Virus record (IMG/VR): IMGVR_UViG_3300043395_001804
Location: 1 to 56,043 of that record
Strand: one strand, 5' to 3'
DNA: 56,043 nucleotides
DNA from: a virus
Taxonomy: Duplodnaviria; Caudoviricetes
Below are positions 55,254-56,043 of the stretch, one piece after another. The notes beneath the pieces are model-generated. The model worked only from the letters and a program-made list of their open reading frames with translations. It had not been told where the DNA came from and ran no database searches. A program made the position numbers and the translations under genes. The first letter of the stretch is position 1, and the number at the start of each line of letters is the position of its first letter.

Positions 55254-56043
55254 CTATTTATAGCGTTTACGTTTGACGGTTACGATCTGTGGTAAAAAGA
55301 TTAGTTGAGTCTTACCTTTCTTTAGGTCACCTAGCATGTACTTTTGTTTCTCTTCTCCTGCGTAGAGAACCATGCAAACTGGTTTGCATACTTCTATGAT
55401 TTTGTTGATCCATTCTACTACACCTTTAGCTGCTCTTGCTTCTTGGGTACGACATTGAACTGCTAGAGTTGCCTTAGTTGGGAGAGTCTCTAATGAGTAC
55501 TTGGTTGAAAGAGTGTATGGAGGCCCATCCAAGATTGGGACGTTAGGAATTACTTTGAGTCCTGCATCTTGCCATAGACGGGTACACCATCTAGCTCGGT
55601 ATAGGTTCCAAATGTTCTTTGCTAAAGGCCAGTGTGTGTAGCATGAGAAGTCTGGGCCAATCAAACAACGTGGGTTCATGTTGATTGCCCATTCTACGAA
55701 TTCTGCTGCTTGGTTGTAAACGCATTCAAACTTATGGTCTTCAGTGTAAAAGCCGATACAGCCTGGATCGTATTCGTCTGAGAAACTTTGGCTGTAACAG
55801 TGGTAGGCTTGCTCTGCTGGGTCGTCTGGGTAAGTGCATGTTGGGGCTAGGTCTGGTGTTGCTAGGTTCTCCTTGCTGAGTTCAGGGATACCTAGTTCTG
55901 TTAGACCATCGTATAGAATTGCTGGATTGATGAATGTCTGGATAGGCCCATCCTTCCAAGCGGATTCATAATGATCTGTTGGTACTGATTCATCTTCTTC
56001 GCTACCCTCAGATTCTTCTGGAGAGGGAGAAGAAGAATCTTGG
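55254..56043 (-). CDS. DUF4417-like protein (partial; frame open to window end, longer than the ORF-track entry)
   Basis: GIPEL...GFYTEDHKFE...PDFSCY..WP....IWNLYRARW....WQDAGLKVIPNV; no stop between 56042 and 55257. Confidence 0.7.
   Translation of the reverse strand, partial: QDSSSPSPEESEGSEEDESVPTDHYESAWKDGPIQTFINPAILYDGLTELGIPELSKENLATPDLAPTCTYPDDPAEQAYHCYSQSFSDEYDPGCIGFYTEDHKFECVYNQAAEFVEWAINMNPRCLIGPDFSCYTHWPLAKNIWNLYRARWCTRLWQDAGLKVIPNVPILDGPPYTLSTKYSLETLPTKATLAVQCRTQEARAAKGVVEWINKIIEVCKPVCMVLYAGEEKQKYMLGDLKKGKTQLIFLPQIVTVKRKRYK

Noticed and set aside
1-56043. Stop-codon reassignment as the explanation for the terL stop
   Set aside because: Other genes are full length in the standard code, TAA is used widely as a stop, and read-through would not restore the frame

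Overview
A near-complete or complete (~56 kb, roughly 40% GC) tailed dsDNA phage genome. The host is probably a planctomycete, inferred from CsrA, Cys-rich GxCC-type repeats and planctomycete-style secreted proteins. Almost all genes run leftward (- strand): replication (primase-helicase, family A polymerase, SSB-like protein, Sak4-like ATPase, PD-(D/E)XK nuclease, UDG-like protein, MazG), a rearranged virion module (portal among tail genes, frameshifted tail chaperone, tape measure, Mu-like head genes), a lysis-like cassette built on a papain-like peptidase, terminase, an early region of small ORFs with a UvrD helicase, and a tRNA/tRNA-like cluster. One short rightward operon (csrA to thermonuclease) lies at 38.6-42.0 kb. 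No integrase or CRISPR array was seen. The most striking observation is that the terminase large subunit gene is broken inside its Walker A motif by a 67-nt structured, stop-containing, frame-changing insert flanked by matching GGC codons, which looks like a T4 gene 60-type translational bypassing site. The insert carries a copy of a polar CTGGA+polypurine motif scattered through the whole genome. Also notable: a 19-bp asymmetric box at about 11 gene junctions and promoters, an Erv1-like thiol oxidase fusion beside Cys-rich tail proteins, two aberrant tRNA-like genes, and three ParB-fold domains. All product calls come from motif recognition by eye; no database searches were run.
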